From positions 32,001 to 96,000 of the IMG/VR virus record IMGVR_UViG_3300021387_001157: a stretch of 64,000 bases of DNA. The stretch is one strand, 5' to 3'. Below are positions 49,357 to 59,547 of the stretch, in pieces. Origin of the DNA: a virus. Lineage: Duplodnaviria; Caudoviricetes. How positions within the stretch are numbered: position 1 is the stretch's first letter; each line of letters opens with the position of its first letter. The position numbers and the translations under genes are program-made. The notes under the pieces were generated by a model that was given only the letters and a program-made list of their open reading frames with translations, had not been told where the DNA came from and ran no database searches.

Positions 49357-49788
49357 TTACCAAGTTTTTTTATTCTTTATGTTTCCGATGATAAACACTC
49401 TGTCGTGGTTTTCGAAAAGAAATTCATCAAGAGTGTCGAATCTGCTGCCGACAAACCAACCACCTGGTTCTTCGTAGAAGACGTTTCCATATTCTGTGAT
49501 ACTTCCGTCATCCTGAAGTAGTCCGAGTATGTCTCCGTCATAGATTTCGTGACCGTGACATGTTACACCTTTGTCGTCTTTGACACACGCTTTGTATGGT
49601 GTCTTGTATTCGAGTGTGTGAATGTCAATCTCCTCAACCGATGTGGAGTTACCCTCGAAGTCATACTCCGAACACTGGTCGATGGCGTATCTTTGCTCTT
49701 CACCAATCGGAGTCCATAGTTCGATGAGATAACCATAAAACCACCTACCTGTTCTTTTAGATTTTGCTCTGCAAGTTTGGATTTCCAT
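49357..49788 (-). CDS. YopX family protein
   Basis: RAK...W.YGYL, EIYDGDIL, IIGNI. Confidence 0.75.
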   Translation of the reverse strand: MEIQTCRAKSKRTGRWFYGYLIELWTPIGEEQRYAIDQCSEYDFEGNSTSVEEIDIHTLEYKTPYKACVKDDKGVTCHGHEIYDGDILGLLQDDGSITEYGNVFYEEPGGWFVGSRFDTLDEFLFENHDRVFIIGNIKNKKTW

Positions 49789-49801
49789 AGGAATATTTTT
49801 T

Positions 49802-50050
49802 TTATCGTTTCACATAGACTAGAATCCTGTCATCGTCGAATTCTGGGTCACACATCACCACCCAGTCACGGAACTCCTTGTCCCATTGTTCCATTTCGGC
49901 GGGGGTTGCATCACCTTGCTCGTATCCATCTGCTTCCATCAAACCAATGATGTCATTGATGGCGTTTTCTTCATTTTCTTCAGTTGTAAGACCAACACGG
50001 GTTTCTTTTGTATCACCGAGATTTCTTCTTAGAATTTCAAGTTGTTTCAT
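49802..50050 (-). CDS. Acidic hypothetical protein
   Basis: 82-aa ORF. Confidence 0.6.
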   Translation of the reverse strand: MKQLEILRRNLGDTKETRVGLTTEENEENAINDIIGLMEADGYEQGDATPAEMEQWDKEFRDWVVMCDPEFDDDRILVYVKR

Positions 50051-50080
50051 TTTTTTCGAAAGTTTTATATTGTTAGTAAC

Positions 50081-50956
50081 TTATTTACTTGCTGCTGCTT
50101 CACGGAGTTTTTCCATGGCTGAATTGTACAATCTATTCACTGTGTAAATAGTTGTTTTGAGGTCTTTGGCAATATCCTTGTCGTTCTTCTCATATTCCTC
50201 TCCGATTCCGAATTTCATGCAGACTATCTTTCTCTCACTTTTCGTGAGTACCGAGAGATAGAGCTCAATCTCTTTTTTCTTGTCTTCCTCGACAAGAATC
50301 TTGTCTGCTCTGTCACCACCGTCGATTGTGTCGGAGATAGTTGATTCGTTTGTATTATTGTTCCCATCAAAACTAATGGAGGTGCTCATAGATAGGATGC
50401 TAGTCTCTGTTGCAAACACGGTTGCAACCATTTCTGGTGTAAGGCCAGCCATATTGGCGATGTCTTCGGTTGAGAGTCCGAAAGTATCACCATTTAGTCT
50501 ATCGATGGTCTTCTTCACCTTGTTTGCTGCAATGGTTACATCGTGACTCCTACGAACCAAATGACCCTCTGTCTCGATGGCGTCGACGATAGCCTTACGG
50601 ATGTACCACACGGCATAGGTGTTGAAACGGTTCCTCTTGTAGTAGTCTTCGTGGTCTACGTATGCACGAGCCGCTTCGAGAAGACCCATGTTCCCATTCT
50701 GGATAAGGTCGTCCAGTTCGAGACCGAGGTGCATGAAGTGCCGTGCCGACTTCACGACCAAAAGGAGGTTATGGTTGACAAAGTTGTCAAAACCAACCTT
50801 GCTTTCCTTGGCAAGTTCTACTGCCTTAATCTCTTCTTCACGAGTGAAGGCTGGATATTTACGGATACCGCTGATATAGGTGTTATATATGTCTCCCATC
50901 TGTTCGTATGATGAGGTGTTGTTAAGGTGGGAGTTGTTTAAATTAACCTTTTTCAT
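50081..50956 (-). CDS. RNA polymerase sigma70-family factor
   Basis: NLLLVV..A, DDLIQNGNMGL, RFNTYAVWYIRKAI, region-4 HTH (L...ER....FGI...A..KLR). Confidence 0.9.
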   Translation of the reverse strand: MKKVNLNNSHLNNTSSYEQMGDIYNTYISGIRKYPAFTREEEIKAVELAKESKVGFDNFVNHNLLLVVKSARHFMHLGLELDDLIQNGNMGLLEAARAYVDHEDYYKRNRFNTYAVWYIRKAIVDAIETEGHLVRRSHDVTIAANKVKKTIDRLNGDTFGLSTEDIANMAGLTPEMVATVFATETSILSMSTSISFDGNNNTNESTISDTIDGGDRADKILVEEDKKKEIELYLSVLTKSERKIVCMKFGIGEEYEKNDKDIAKDLKTTIYTVNRLYNSAMEKLREAAASK

Positions 50957-50982
50957 TTCTTTAATAATTTAAAAGTTCGACT

Positions 50983-51132
50983 TTATATTATTTCACATTC
51001 TACATCAATTATAGTCTCTGGGTCGTAGGGAAGATGTTCACCAGGCATATAGATGATTGTCTGTACTTCAAGTTTCTTTCCCTCTCTTTTGAGAGCCTTG
51101 ATGATGTTTATTATGATTCTTAATAAATTCAT
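50983..51132 (-). CDS. Small hypothetical protein (49 aa)
   Basis: ATG 16 nt below promoter-repeat copy 3; MNLLRIII... Confidence 0.5.
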   Translation of the reverse strand: MNLLRIIINIIKALKREGKKLEVQTIIYMPGEHLPYDPETIIDVECEII

Positions 51133-51148
51133 GTTTTTATCTTTTTAA

Positions 51149-51299
51149 TTTCTGATGCAAAGATACGAACTTTTTTTGAATTACCAAACTTTTTTTTGAA
51201 AAAAAATTATTTTTTTTCGTAACTGCTTGATTTTATGAAATAAAAAAATGAAAAAAATTTTAGTAAGAATAAAAAAATCCCTTGCAAAATTAGATTTTT
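51149..51299 (-). promoter_or_regulatory. Dispersed promoter repeat, copy 3 (upstream of the sigma factor)
   Basis: Same core as copies 1 and 2. Confidence 0.85.
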
Positions 51300-51329
51300 A
51301 CAAAGGATTTTTTAGAATTTTGGGTGTTT

Positions 51330-51743
51330 TTATTCATTGTTGTCGTAGAATATTTCGACTTTATCTTTTTTATTATCTTGTGGTCTGATGGTGGCGTATC
51401 CTAGACATTTCATCTTAACTGGGCACGTAATCCATTTCTCTTTCGTATATTTCACATCTGGAACCTCGTCTTCTGTCGGTTTGAATATATATTCAGAAAT
51501 CTTTTTTCTTCCGTGTTGAATTGGTTTGTACAACCAAGCCGTTGCACTTGAACCAGACCCATAATATGATAGGGCTTTGAAACAACCGGTGACAGAAGTT
51601 GACACACAGACTCTTTTTGTCTTTAAATCTTCACCATCGATAGTATTGTCTGGAACACGTGGATAAAATACTGTGTTATCATCCAACTTAAAAGAAGATA
51701 AGTGATAGAGTTTAACTGTTTTACTTGGCTTATACCTTCTCAT
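51330..51743 (-). CDS. Hypothetical protein, possibly ADP-ribosyltransferase fold
   Basis: LYHLS...PRVP...RVCVS...VPD...E.W pattern. Confidence 0.4.
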   Translation of the reverse strand: MRRYKPSKTVKLYHLSSFKLDDNTVFYPRVPDNTIDGEDLKTKRVCVSTSVTGCFKALSYYGSGSSATAWLYKPIQHGRKKISEYIFKPTEDEVPDVKYTKEKWITCPVKMKCLGYATIRPQDNKKDKVEIFYDNNE

Positions 51744-51747
51744 GTTT

Positions 51748-52752
51748 TCAATTTTCGAAAATAACAGAGATTTTTTTCAAACATCTAACGGGTTTTCCAT
51801 TTTTGGTTCCAGGATTCCACTTGGGCATTAAATTGATTACTTGTTTTGCTGCATCACCACATCCGGCCCCGATGTCTTGCAATACCTTGGTACCAGAAAT
51901 TGTTCCATCCTTTTCTACTATTACAGAGACTATGACCTCACCGGATATGTTATATTGTCTTGCAAGTGGTGGATATTCTAGATTAGACTTGATAAACTTT
52001 TTTAATGCAACCGTCCCTCCGATAAATGTTGGATACTTGTCTGGGTTCTGACAGATTTCGTCTTTCGAAAAAAACGAAGAATCTTTTTCAACAACCATAG
52101 AGTCTGACGGACTTGTATATTCCATCTCAATAGAATCACTCTTGCTCATCTTTTCTTCCATATCCGTTTTAAACCTGTTTTTCTTGTAGATGAAAAACTC
52201 ACCGAGATAGTACAAGTCACTCTTATACATTTTTATCTTCTCAAACTTTGACGAAGATAGTTCTATGCACGTGTCTGCATCCTCCAAGTAAGGATAATCC
52301 TTATCTATCACAGAAGACGGAACTGGAGTTACCAATGAGTATCCAATTTTTATATTTACATCACTTTCAATATTATATGATGTGACAATCAAGTATTTAC
52401 GAAACTCTCCAAACTCACCGCTTTCATCGGATGAGACATAGTTGGCGATGGTTCTGCACATCAACACTGACGGTCGTTTTTCATAATCCACCTTTGATAT
52501 TTTGAATCCGGCATTCTTGGCGAATGATATGCTCTTTGTCATAGTGTCTGCAAACTGGTGCTGCAATTCTCTCCACCTGTCTTCTGATTTGTACCAGTCT
52601 ATGTTGCCTTGTTCGTATTTGCATTCATGTCTGTACTCGTCTAGAAAGTTGATTATACTTTCACGCTTTATGTTATCTAGGTATTCCTCCTTTGCCATAC
52701 ATGACACACAAAGGATGGATATAAGCATTGATATTAAAAAAATCTTTTTCAT
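51748..52752 (-). CDS. Exported (lipo)protein with a TonB C-terminal domain
   Basis: Signal with VSC; P.F.GG...L.YP..A...I.G.V.V...VEKDG...MPKWNPG..NGKPV. Confidence 0.85.
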   Translation of the reverse strand: MKKIFLISMLISILCVSCMAKEEYLDNIKRESIINFLDEYRHECKYEQGNIDWYKSEDRWRELQHQFADTMTKSISFAKNAGFKISKVDYEKRPSVLMCRTIANYVSSDESGEFGEFRKYLIVTSYNIESDVNIKIGYSLVTPVPSSVIDKDYPYLEDADTCIELSSSKFEKIKMYKSDLYYLGEFFIYKKNRFKTDMEEKMSKSDSIEMEYTSPSDSMVVEKDSSFFSKDEICQNPDKYPTFIGGTVALKKFIKSNLEYPPLARQYNISGEVIVSVIVEKDGTISGTKVLQDIGAGCGDAAKQVINLMPKWNPGTKNGKPVRCLKKISVIFEN

Positions 52753-52753
52753 T

Positions 52754-52936
52754 TTATTTTATGTTTAAAGTGATTGATAAACCGACAAAACATTTTACTG
52801 GTTTTTCTTCCACCGAACCAGGATTCCACTTTGGAATTGACTCTATAATCTTTTTGAAATTCTCCCAATATCCTCCACAATCCTTGATGACATTGACGTT
52901 TGAAACCTTTCCACGACGAGGGTTTAAAATAAAAGT
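52754..52936 (-). pseudogene. Start-less remnant of a second TonB C-terminal domain
   Basis: Translates TFILNPRRGKVSNVNVIKDCGG...IPKWNPGSVEEKPVKC; an in-frame stop lies directly upstream. Confidence 0.7.
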
Positions 52937-52945
52937 TTACAGCAA

Positions 52946-54766
52946 TTAATATGTTCCGTTTTCGTCAAATCGTTTCTCATACGAATTAGAGTCACCGATA
53001 ATAATATTGGTAGTTTCAATCAAATCGTTTACATCTTTTAGACGACCGTATGACTTCTTGGCATCGAAGATGTGTTTTACATTGGCGATGTGGAAACCTT
53101 CAGAACATTTCAATTCACTGTCAAATTCTGAATTAGGTTCTTGCACCCATATGTTAAACTCGATATTGTTATATGGGAATATATAGGGTTTGTGCTTGAC
53201 GTGTGGAATTTTTTTCTCGGGTTCTTGAGAAAACTTGAATTTTTCAGTTCCACCATACATCTCAGTAAACACACTTAGTTTATTTTCAAGTTCTTCGTCA
53301 CCTTTTATTACAATATCGATGTCGTGAATAAATCTTCCAACTGGAAGAAGTCCTTGTTTCAAGAGGGCGATACTTCCAGTGACCATCACGTTTTCCGGAG
53401 ATATTTTAAATCTTTGGATAAAGAATGTAAGATTTTTCAACATGAAGTCTGCATTTCTTTTTTGTGAGTCATAGAAGTTGTTCTTTGACTTTTCAATATC
53501 TTCCACCCTCTTTCTCTTGAAAAAGATGTTTCGAAAATATTTTGTGATATTTTTTACCCAATTTTCATCGACAGAATCACTGATGGTAGAATTTTTACAT
53601 TCGGTCTCCATCCTTTTCACCATGTCCGATAGATGTGAGTCAAGTTCAGAATACTTAAATTTACGTCTCCGGACATCGAGTAGGAAGTCACGGTCTATGT
53701 CGGTCCTGTCGAGTAAGAGTCCCTTACCTTGTGCTATCTCAATGCACATTGCCACATTTCGAAAACAATGGTACATATTCTTGACATCGTACTTGTATTC
53801 TGGGTCTTCTTGTTTTTCGGCAGCCATATTAGATTCGTAACGTGCCTTGTTACGTTTCTTCTTCCACTCCTCATACTCTTTGTACTTCCGACAGTGTGTG
53901 CCGTATCCGTCGGCATTGTATGTCATCATGCAGATTGGTTCTTCTTCTTTTTGTGTTGAACAAAGTCTGACGGTGTTCGACGTTCCGTCGTTGTTGATGA
54001 TTCCACAATGACCTCCGAAAGGTTTTTCTGTCATCTTTACGACATAGTCGACTATGTCAATGTATTCGGTCTGTTTTTGAAACCTATCCATAAAATGAGA
54101 AACTGCAGATTTACCAAAACTGGTTTGCTTGTTTATCTCATCACCCATATCGGAATTGGTTAGTCTTAGATGCTGACCGAAGTCATAGTACATCAAGTAA
54201 CAGTCTTTCATGTTCGTGAGGTTTGTAAGACCACAGCAATCTTGACGAAGACCGTTTCTTTTGAGCCAATCTTGGATATTTATACTTCCTTGACGACCAT
54301 CAAAGGTGAAACAAAAATCGAGTGGAGTCTTTCTCTCCATGTTCTCCATATCCCAATGGATTTTTTTTTCCTGTCCACGAGCTTTCCTTATCTGAGATGA
54401 AGCGTATTCACCGAATGGTTTGAAACACTTCTTCGTCAAAAATTTGGAACCTTTACTTCTGATAAGTTCCTTGAATAACGGATGCTCATATAGAATTTTA
54501 TCATCTGGGACGAAAAATGCCTCAAGTACTGCTGGGTTGGCGTTCATGGCAAGTTTCATGAATTTTCCGAGTTCCCACCATTTGTTGTCGTTCTTCTCAT
54601 CGGAGACTTCATCTTCGAAATCAAAATCGAAATTGTTGTCCATGATATAAACACCACCAGTATCTATATCTTCACTTCCATCTTTAAGATTTGTATTATA
54701 TAGTTGACTTCCTCTCACATATTCAAAGAGAAGAAGTCCTCTATTTCTTATATCTTCAAATGTCAT
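52946..54766 (-). CDS. RlaP/YcgL-like nucleotidyltransferase fused to a second NTase-like domain
   Basis: VRGSQLY....DIDTGGV, KNMYHCFR; C-terminal VTGSIAL...HDIDI. Confidence 0.75.
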   Translation of the reverse strand: MTFEDIRNRGLLLFEYVRGSQLYNTNLKDGSEDIDTGGVYIMDNNFDFDFEDEVSDEKNDNKWWELGKFMKLAMNANPAVLEAFFVPDDKILYEHPLFKELIRSKGSKFLTKKCFKPFGEYASSQIRKARGQEKKIHWDMENMERKTPLDFCFTFDGRQGSINIQDWLKRNGLRQDCCGLTNLTNMKDCYLMYYDFGQHLRLTNSDMGDEINKQTSFGKSAVSHFMDRFQKQTEYIDIVDYVVKMTEKPFGGHCGIINNDGTSNTVRLCSTQKEEEPICMMTYNADGYGTHCRKYKEYEEWKKKRNKARYESNMAAEKQEDPEYKYDVKNMYHCFRNVAMCIEIAQGKGLLLDRTDIDRDFLLDVRRRKFKYSELDSHLSDMVKRMETECKNSTISDSVDENWVKNITKYFRNIFFKRKRVEDIEKSKNNFYDSQKRNADFMLKNLTFFIQRFKISPENVMVTGSIALLKQGLLPVGRFIHDIDIVIKGDEELENKLSVFTEMYGGTEKFKFSQEPEKKIPHVKHKPYIFPYNNIEFNIWVQEPNSEFDSELKCSEGFHIANVKHIFDAKKSYGRLKDVNDLIETTNIIIGDSNSYEKRFDENGTY

Positions 54767-54770
54767 TGTC

Positions 54771-55205
54771 TTATTGTATTTGATTAATTAAAATATTTTT
54801 GAGTGTCTTTCTCATATTTGGAAAGTACCTGTCCAAGGTTAGTCCGTATGTGAATCCATCCATTTCGGTCAAGGTGTTTCCGTAGTTGTCGACGAATGTT
54901 GATGTACATTTCATCTTCTTTAAGTCAGGTGTATCTTCAAGTTCTATATAGAAGATGTGGAGGTCTTTATTCTGATTGTACTTTTGTCTTCCACAATCTT
55001 TAAAGAATTTAACATTCAAGTCTTTATACTCCAGACCAGTCTCTTCTTTCAATTCACGACATGCTGTCTCAAACGGGTCTTCACCATCTTCTACATGACC
55101 TTTTGGAATATCCCAAAAACCATTTTCTATTGGTTTTGCCGTAGGGTGACATTGGAGATATCCAATCGGTGTCTTTATAAGAAATCCGGCACTTAATTGT
55201 TTCAT
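54771..55205 (-). CDS. NUDIX hydrolase
   Basis: PKGHVEDGEDPFETACRELKEETGL. Confidence 0.92.
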   Translation of the reverse strand: MKQLSAGFLIKTPIGYLQCHPTAKPIENGFWDIPKGHVEDGEDPFETACRELKEETGLEYKDLNVKFFKDCGRQKYNQNKDLHIFYIELEDTPDLKKMKCTSTFVDNYGNTLTEMDGFTYGLTLDRYFPNMRKTLKNILINQIQ

Positions 55206-55570
55206 TATATATTTTTTACTTTTTCTAGTAATTTTTCATTTTTCAACTTTAGTCTCAGAATACTGAGAATAGTCATATAACATTTGTGAAACATTGGTGT
55301 TTCTCGGCGTTGTTTTCTCGTTGCATTAAGATAGGCAAGAATGACCCCAGCCTTTTCTTCGTCGAGAAACTTCATCATACCGGCTCTTCCCAACTGAACG
55401 GTTTTCTTGTACCATAGATATGGAAGTGGGTCGAGACCTAGGTGCATCCTTGAAATGTTGGAAGCATCCATTATATCCACAATCTCACTCCGCCACACTC
55501 TATGTAGATATGAGGTTTTCTTATGTCTTCTTTTAATGTTTTTCATTTTATGATTGCTGAATCTTTCCAA
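55205..55570 (-). CDS. Basic hypothetical protein
   Basis: 121-aa ORF. Confidence 0.6.
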   Translation of the reverse strand: MERFSNHKMKNIKRRHKKTSYLHRVWRSEIVDIMDASNISRMHLGLDPLPYLWYKKTVQLGRAGMMKFLDEEKAGVILAYLNATRKQRRETPMFHKCYMTILSILRLKLKNEKLLEKVKNI

Positions 55571-55809
55571 ATTAACTCAGGAGTCAAATTTAGTTCGTTT
55601 TGAGTCCAATAAGGAATGACTGTGACTATTTGTATAGCTTCGAGTTTGTTTTGGTCAAGCTCAAAATCAACACGTATATCTACTACCTCATTAAGACCAC
55701 CCCAAAAGTTGAAGAGTTCGCCTTTTTTAAATACCCAATCGGTTTCAAACTGACCGACAATTCTGGTGTTATTTTCATAATCTTTCCATCTAAACTGTAC
55801 TGTACTCAT
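55543..55809 (-). CDS. Hypothetical protein
   Basis: Start MSTVQF after the promoter at 55823. Confidence 0.6.
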   Translation of the reverse strand: MSTVQFRWKDYENNTRIVGQFETDWVFKKGELFNFWGGLNEVVDIRVDFELDQNKLEAIQIVTVIPYWTQNELNLTPELIWKDSAIIK

Positions 55810-55853
55810 ATCTTTTTTTTTCAAAGATACTATTATTTTTTTTTGAAAAAAAA

Positions 55854-56819
55854 TTATTTTCTCAATTTTATATTTCTCCCGTATGTTTTTTCGAAATATT
55901 CTTTGTTTTGTTTCGTTGTTTGGAAGTTAAGTCTTTCATAATTTGTGAAGACAAAATTAATTATTTTGTCATCATTTATTATTCTATTGAAATATCTTTT
56001 TTCACTACAAGTGTATGGTAAGATAATCTCTTGCTTGTATTCACTTTTTTTTCCAAAATTTATTTGAATATTGAATACTTTATAAATGTCACTCATCAGA
56101 GAAAACATTCCGTTGTTTATTGCAACATATCCTTCATTGTGTGTAGTCGTTGTTGAGTAATTGTCTTTCAATGTGCTTTCTATGTTTGCAAATCTTGTTT
56201 CGACATCAATCAAATTTGTTCCGTTGATATACAACATGTCGAATATTTTTTTACATAGTGAATTTTCAGGCAAGTCTTTTTTCATCCTCTCAATCCAATC
56301 GATTGCATTAGACATATACATATTGAAACATCTCAATATACCATCACCACGATATATTAAGTCCAGAAGTGTCATTTCATTTTTTATAACACAGTTCAAG
56401 TCTATGTCATTAAACACAATGTTGTTCTTTTCGAAAGAATATAGGAGATATATGAATGTGCTGTAAGGAAATTTTTGTGTAAAGGTTTTTTGTGTTATGC
56501 CGAAGTCACGATTCGGGTTAAACATCAGCGGGTCGTTGTTTATGTCAATAAAATCTATTATGTGTTGGTCTAAACACACAAATTGTCTGTTGTTTCTTCT
56601 TATCACATAATAATCGACATAAATCAAGTCGTCTATTTTGATTAAACTTTTGTCTTTTAGATAATATATCTTATCGTTTGAAGAGTTGAACCCTACAACG
56701 TTATATTTTGTTTCCGGAAATGCTTTAGTTATTAATGCTGTTGACAAAAAACCGTCCAAGTCTATGTTTGTATGTAAAAGATTTCTTTTTCTTATCTCTG
56801 TTATAATTCCATCTTCCAT
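55854..56819 (-). CDS. DHH-phosphoesterase-like protein
   Basis: NIDLDG..S, YVD, LDQH motifs; AT-rich. Confidence 0.45.
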   Translation of the reverse strand: MEDGIITEIRKRNLLHTNIDLDGFLSTALITKAFPETKYNVVGFNSSNDKIYYLKDKSLIKIDDLIYVDYYVIRRNNRQFVCLDQHIIDFIDINNDPLMFNPNRDFGITQKTFTQKFPYSTFIYLLYSFEKNNIVFNDIDLNCVIKNEMTLLDLIYRGDGILRCFNMYMSNAIDWIERMKKDLPENSLCKKIFDMLYINGTNLIDVETRFANIESTLKDNYSTTTTHNEGYVAINNGMFSLMSDIYKVFNIQINFGKKSEYKQEIILPYTCSEKRYFNRIINDDKIINFVFTNYERLNFQTTKQNKEYFEKTYGRNIKLRK

Positions 56820-56822
56820 AAT

Positions 56823-58010
56823 TTATTTGATTTCGAAAATATCTTTCATTTTTTCAATGAGGTCTAGGTCTTCCCAAGGGAAGTATTTTATTCCGTTTTT
56901 TACATAACTTTTTCTTCCGAAGTGACCGTACTTTGCAGTCTCAAGATAGATTGGATTGAGAAGTTGTAGTTTCTCGATGATACCTTTTGGTGTGAAATCT
57001 AAATTCTTACGAAGTCTGTCTGCAATCTCTTCATCACTCAAACCGATGTTACATGTTCCATTGGTATTCACAAAGATTGAGATGGGTTGTGCTATGCCGA
57101 TTGCATACGACACTTGGATTGTAACCTCGTCTGCAATTCCGGCAGCGACAAGGTTCTTGGCGATATATCTGCAAAAGTATGCAGCACTTCTATCTACTTT
57201 GGATGGGTCTTTACCTGAGAACGCTCCCCCACCATGAGGGCATCTACCACCATAGGTGTCGACGATAATTTTACGACCAGTTAATCCAGTATCACCATGA
57301 GGACCACCTATAACGAATCTACCGGTTGGGTTTATATACAATTTATAATCATCGAAAAGGTCTGATACCAAAGATGGTACATCCCTTCGTACAATAAGAA
57401 TTGCTTCTTGTATCCATTCTCCGAGACTTTCAATAGAAAGTTTAGGAGAATGTTGTTGGGAGATTATAATTGTATCAATTTTTACAGGTTTGTTGTTATC
57501 GTCATATTCTATTGTGACTTGTGATTTTGCATCTGGGCGTAATCCGATTTCTGGATAGTTACGTCTCAATATCTCCATTGTTTGGAGAAGTTTATGTGAT
57601 AACATTATCTCAAGTGGCATATACTCTATTCCATCCTTGATAGCATATCCGAACATTATACCTTGGTCTCCGGCACCTTGGTTTGGTTTGTTTACACCCA
57701 TGGCGATGTCTGGTGACTGCTCGTGTATTGTGTTTATGACGGCACATGAATGTCCGTCGAAGTAGAGGTCTCCGTTGTCATATCCGATGTCTATGATTGT
57801 GTCTCTTACAGTTTTCTGTATATCGACATAACTGGTTGTAGTTACTTCACCGGAGACTATGGCGAGACCTGTTGTCACGAGTGTTTCACAAGCCACGTGG
57901 GCGTTTTTGTCTTGTTTCAACATTTCATCAAGTATTGCATCCGATATTTGGTCAGCAACCTTGTCCGGATGACCGGATGAAACAGATTCTGAAGTAAAAA
58001 ATTTTGTCAT
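56823..58010 (-). CDS. metK: S-adenosylmethionine synthetase
   Basis: [40 protein letters not shown]. Confidence 0.97.
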   Translation of the reverse strand: MTKFFTSESVSSGHPDKVADQISDAILDEMLKQDKNAHVACETLVTTGLAIVSGEVTTTSYVDIQKTVRDTIIDIGYDNGDLYFDGHSCAVINTIHEQSPDIAMGVNKPNQGAGDQGIMFGYAIKDGIEYMPLEIMLSHKLLQTMEILRRNYPEIGLRPDAKSQVTIEYDDNNKPVKIDTIIISQQHSPKLSIESLGEWIQEAILIVRRDVPSLVSDLFDDYKLYINPTGRFVIGGPHGDTGLTGRKIIVDTYGGRCPHGGGAFSGKDPSKVDRSAAYFCRYIAKNLVAAGIADEVTIQVSYAIGIAQPISIFVNTNGTCNIGLSDEEIADRLRKNLDFTPKGIIEKLQLLNPIYLETAKYGHFGRKSYVKNGIKYFPWEDLDLIEKMKDIFEIK

Positions 58011-58192
58011 TATTCTTTATGTGGTTTTATTTCATACACATCGTCAGAGCAATCCTCATAAGATTCCTTTATCTTCTGATGTTTTACTTTTTTGGCCTCA
58101 GAGTGTGATTCGAAAGTACAGACGTATATTCCGTTTTCAAATAAATCATACCATTTTGGTTTATAGAGTTCTTGTTTTTCTTCTTTAGTCAT
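58010..58192 (-). CDS. Hypothetical protein
   Basis: MTKEEKQE start, coupled to metK. Confidence 0.5.
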   Translation of the reverse strand: MTKEEKQELYKPKWYDLFENGIYVCTFESHSEAKKVKHQKIKESYEDCSDDVYEIKPHKE

Positions 58193-58466
58193 TTGTGTTG
58201 TTTTCGTTAGAGATGTGATAAAGACCATCATCACCCTTGAATAGATAGCGACTGTCGTGTTCCTTCGGGAATAATACCGAATTTGAAGACACGTTGTCTA
58301 GATATGAAATACCCCAATGTTCCTCATTGAGATTACGTCCGGCTATCATAAGGACCAACTGATGAAGGTCACTCCATCTTTGTGGACCGTTTGCTGCAAC
58401 AAAGTTGCAAAGAATTCTATGAATATTGTGTTTCTGTCTCATTTTAAATATGGTGTTATATTCCAA
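58185..58466 (-). CDS. Hypothetical protein
   Basis: 93-aa ORF. Confidence 0.6.
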   Translation of the reverse strand: MEYNTIFKMRQKHNIHRILCNFVAANGPQRWSDLHQLVLMIAGRNLNEEHWGISYLDNVSSNSVLFPKEHDSRYLFKGDDGLYHISNENNTND

Positions 58467-58742
58467 CTATTTTTTGATATTTTTAAAAATTTTCCAGTAT
58501 CTTTATCCAATACTTTTAAATCCGGAGTCATGTAACTTGGTTTGTATAATATATTCAAATTATACCTAATAGTTTTTAATTCAAATATATTATAGTCACC
58601 TTTTCTACCAATATACTTAATATTTTCAATGTTTTTGAAAATCTCAGTCCAAACTTTGTCGTTCTTTCTTTAAGTTTAATAGGTAGAAGGTTGTCGCTAA
58701 TAATAATACTATAATAATTACAAATAACACTTCAACCTCCTT

Positions 58743-59087
58743 TTATAAAGTGATTATCGAACAGAGAGTAAAAGTGCTTGTTGTATGACGACGAACCCTC
58801 TCTTCCATGTCTCGAAATTCTTTTCCGAAAGGACATTCTGCACATTTCATCTGATAAAAATATTGTTTGATGGTATCTTTTGAAATTTGAACATCTTTCA
58901 CAGAATTTGAATTGTCGTTGTACGTGTCGAGCTCTTTTTGATGTTTTTCAGCAAGTGCTTTATCTGTATAGTGTTTCCCATCTGAAGTTTCAAATTCTAT
59001 GAAAACTTCTACATCGGATAATTCAAATTCATTGAATAGTTTCAAATCTTTATTTTCAAGTGTTATTTTTGTTTTAATTGTTCCCAT
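58743..59087 (-). CDS. Hypothetical protein
   Basis: FETSDGK and CAECPF motifs. Confidence 0.6.
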   Translation of the reverse strand: MGTIKTKITLENKDLKLFNEFELSDVEVFIEFETSDGKHYTDKALAEKHQKELDTYNDNSNSVKDVQISKDTIKQYFYQMKCAECPFGKEFRDMEERVRRHTTSTFTLCSIITL

Positions 59088-59094
59088 GTTATTT

Positions 59095-59547
59095 TTATTT
59101 TAGTTTTTTTATCATATAATGTTCATTATCAGAATGATTGTAACCCATTTGTTCCCAAAATTTTTTTGAGATTCCGTAGTCATCTTCTTCGTCACGATGC
59201 TGTAAGATAATGTAATCTACTGGAGTTTTTTCTAGAGTTTTTTCTATACACTCTATCATCAATCTACCGTATCCTTGATGTTTTAATTTTATTGACACTT
59301 CAAATGCCTCAATATACATACAATATTTGGATAATGGAATTTTGATATTGGTAAGAAACATCGAAGTGAAGAAAAAATCAAACTTTTCAATCATTATGCT
59401 TACCCCACCAACAAAATGTCCATTTTCGTTATAGAACTCTATCTTTTTACGTTTGTCTGAATTGACACCGTTGAACAAGACTTCTGGACATTTATATATA
59501 GCTTCCAATGAAAACGTGTCAACTATTTTTGGATAAATTTTCATCAC
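59095..59547 (-). CDS. GNAT acetyltransferase
   Basis: HQGYGRLMI (QxxGxG-type) and FWEQMGY. Confidence 0.75.
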   Translation of the reverse strand: MMKIYPKIVDTFSLEAIYKCPEVLFNGVNSDKRKKIEFYNENGHFVGGVSIMIEKFDFFFTSMFLTNIKIPLSKYCMYIEAFEVSIKLKHQGYGRLMIECIEKTLEKTPVDYIILQHRDEEDDYGISKKFWEQMGYNHSDNEHYMIKKLK

